Below are positions 63,409-64,000 of a stretch of DNA of 64,000 nucleotides, piece after piece. Positions within the stretch are counted from its first letter, which is position 1, and the number at the start of each line of letters is the position of its first letter. Source of the stretch: Octopus vulgaris (lineage: Eukaryota); assembly GCA_951406725.2 (NCBI GenBank), contig OX597818.1, forward strand, positions 48,236,001 through 48,300,000, given 5' to 3'. The notes beneath the pieces were generated by a model that was given only the letters and a program-made list of their open reading frames with translations, was not told the DNA's origin and did not search any database. The translations under genes were made by a program, and so were the position numbers.

Positions 63409-64000
63409 TGTGTCTGTGTTTGTTCCCCCCACCCAGCAGCACTTGACAACCGATGCTGGTGTGTTTATGTTCCCATAACTTAGTGGTTCAGCAAAAGAGA
63501 CTGATAGAATAAGTACTAGGCTTACAAAGAATAAGTCTTGTGATCGGCTTGCTTGACTAAATGCAGTGCTCCAGTATGGCCAGTCAAATGACTGAAACAA
63601 GTAAAAAAAAATGTGTGTTATATATAAGCGCAGGCATGGCTGTATGGTATGAAGTTTGCTTCTCAATCATATGGTTCCAGGTTCAGTTCCACTGCATGGC
63701 ATCTTGGGCAATTCTCTTTTACTATAGCCCCGGGCCAATAAATGCCTTGTGAGTGGATTTGGTAGATAGAAACTGAAAGAAGCCCATTGTGTGTGTGTAT
63801 TTGTGTGCCTGTGTTTGCCCCCACCTTCACTTCACAACTAATGTTGATGTGGTTACATCCCTGTAGCTTGGCAAAAGAGACCGATAGAATAAGTACTAGG
63901 CTTACAAAGAATATGTCCCGGGGTTGGTTTCTTCGACTAAAAACCCTCTAAGGCAATGCTCCAGCATAGCCACAGTCAAATGGCTGAAACAAGTAAAAGA
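63183..64000 (+). mobile_element. Two adjacent SINE family A copies (~63183-63608, ~63628-64000)
   Basis: Family A matches, CpG-eroded. Confidence 0.88.

Overview
Eukaryotic, AT-rich, repeat-dominated DNA. The mix of dense (TA)n/(CA)n/(TATG)n microsatellites and three abundant tRNA-headed SINE families suggests an octopus/cephalopod genome (inference). There is no intact protein-coding ORF: nearly all listed ORFs are translations of microsatellites or SINEs. Supportable content: many SINE copies (several with TSDs, some as head-to-tail multimers), Tc1/mariner, pogo-like and hAT MITEs, decayed mariner and hAT transposases, RTE, CRE-like and CR1/Jockey-like LINE remnants, and non-autonomous Helitron-like elements. 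The most notable signal is about nine minimal type I hammerhead ribozyme motifs on both strands. They have palindromic helix III, and the core 3-8 pair co-varies (C-G, U-A, G-C). Several sit in long fold-back elements resembling Penelope-like/retrozyme termini. A second signal is a CpG-rich candidate promoter and first exon (~55.7-56.2 kb, perfect AG|GTAAGT donor), followed by CpG-depleted repeats that suggest entry into a methylated gene body. All alignments and folds were done by eye, so boundaries are approximate.
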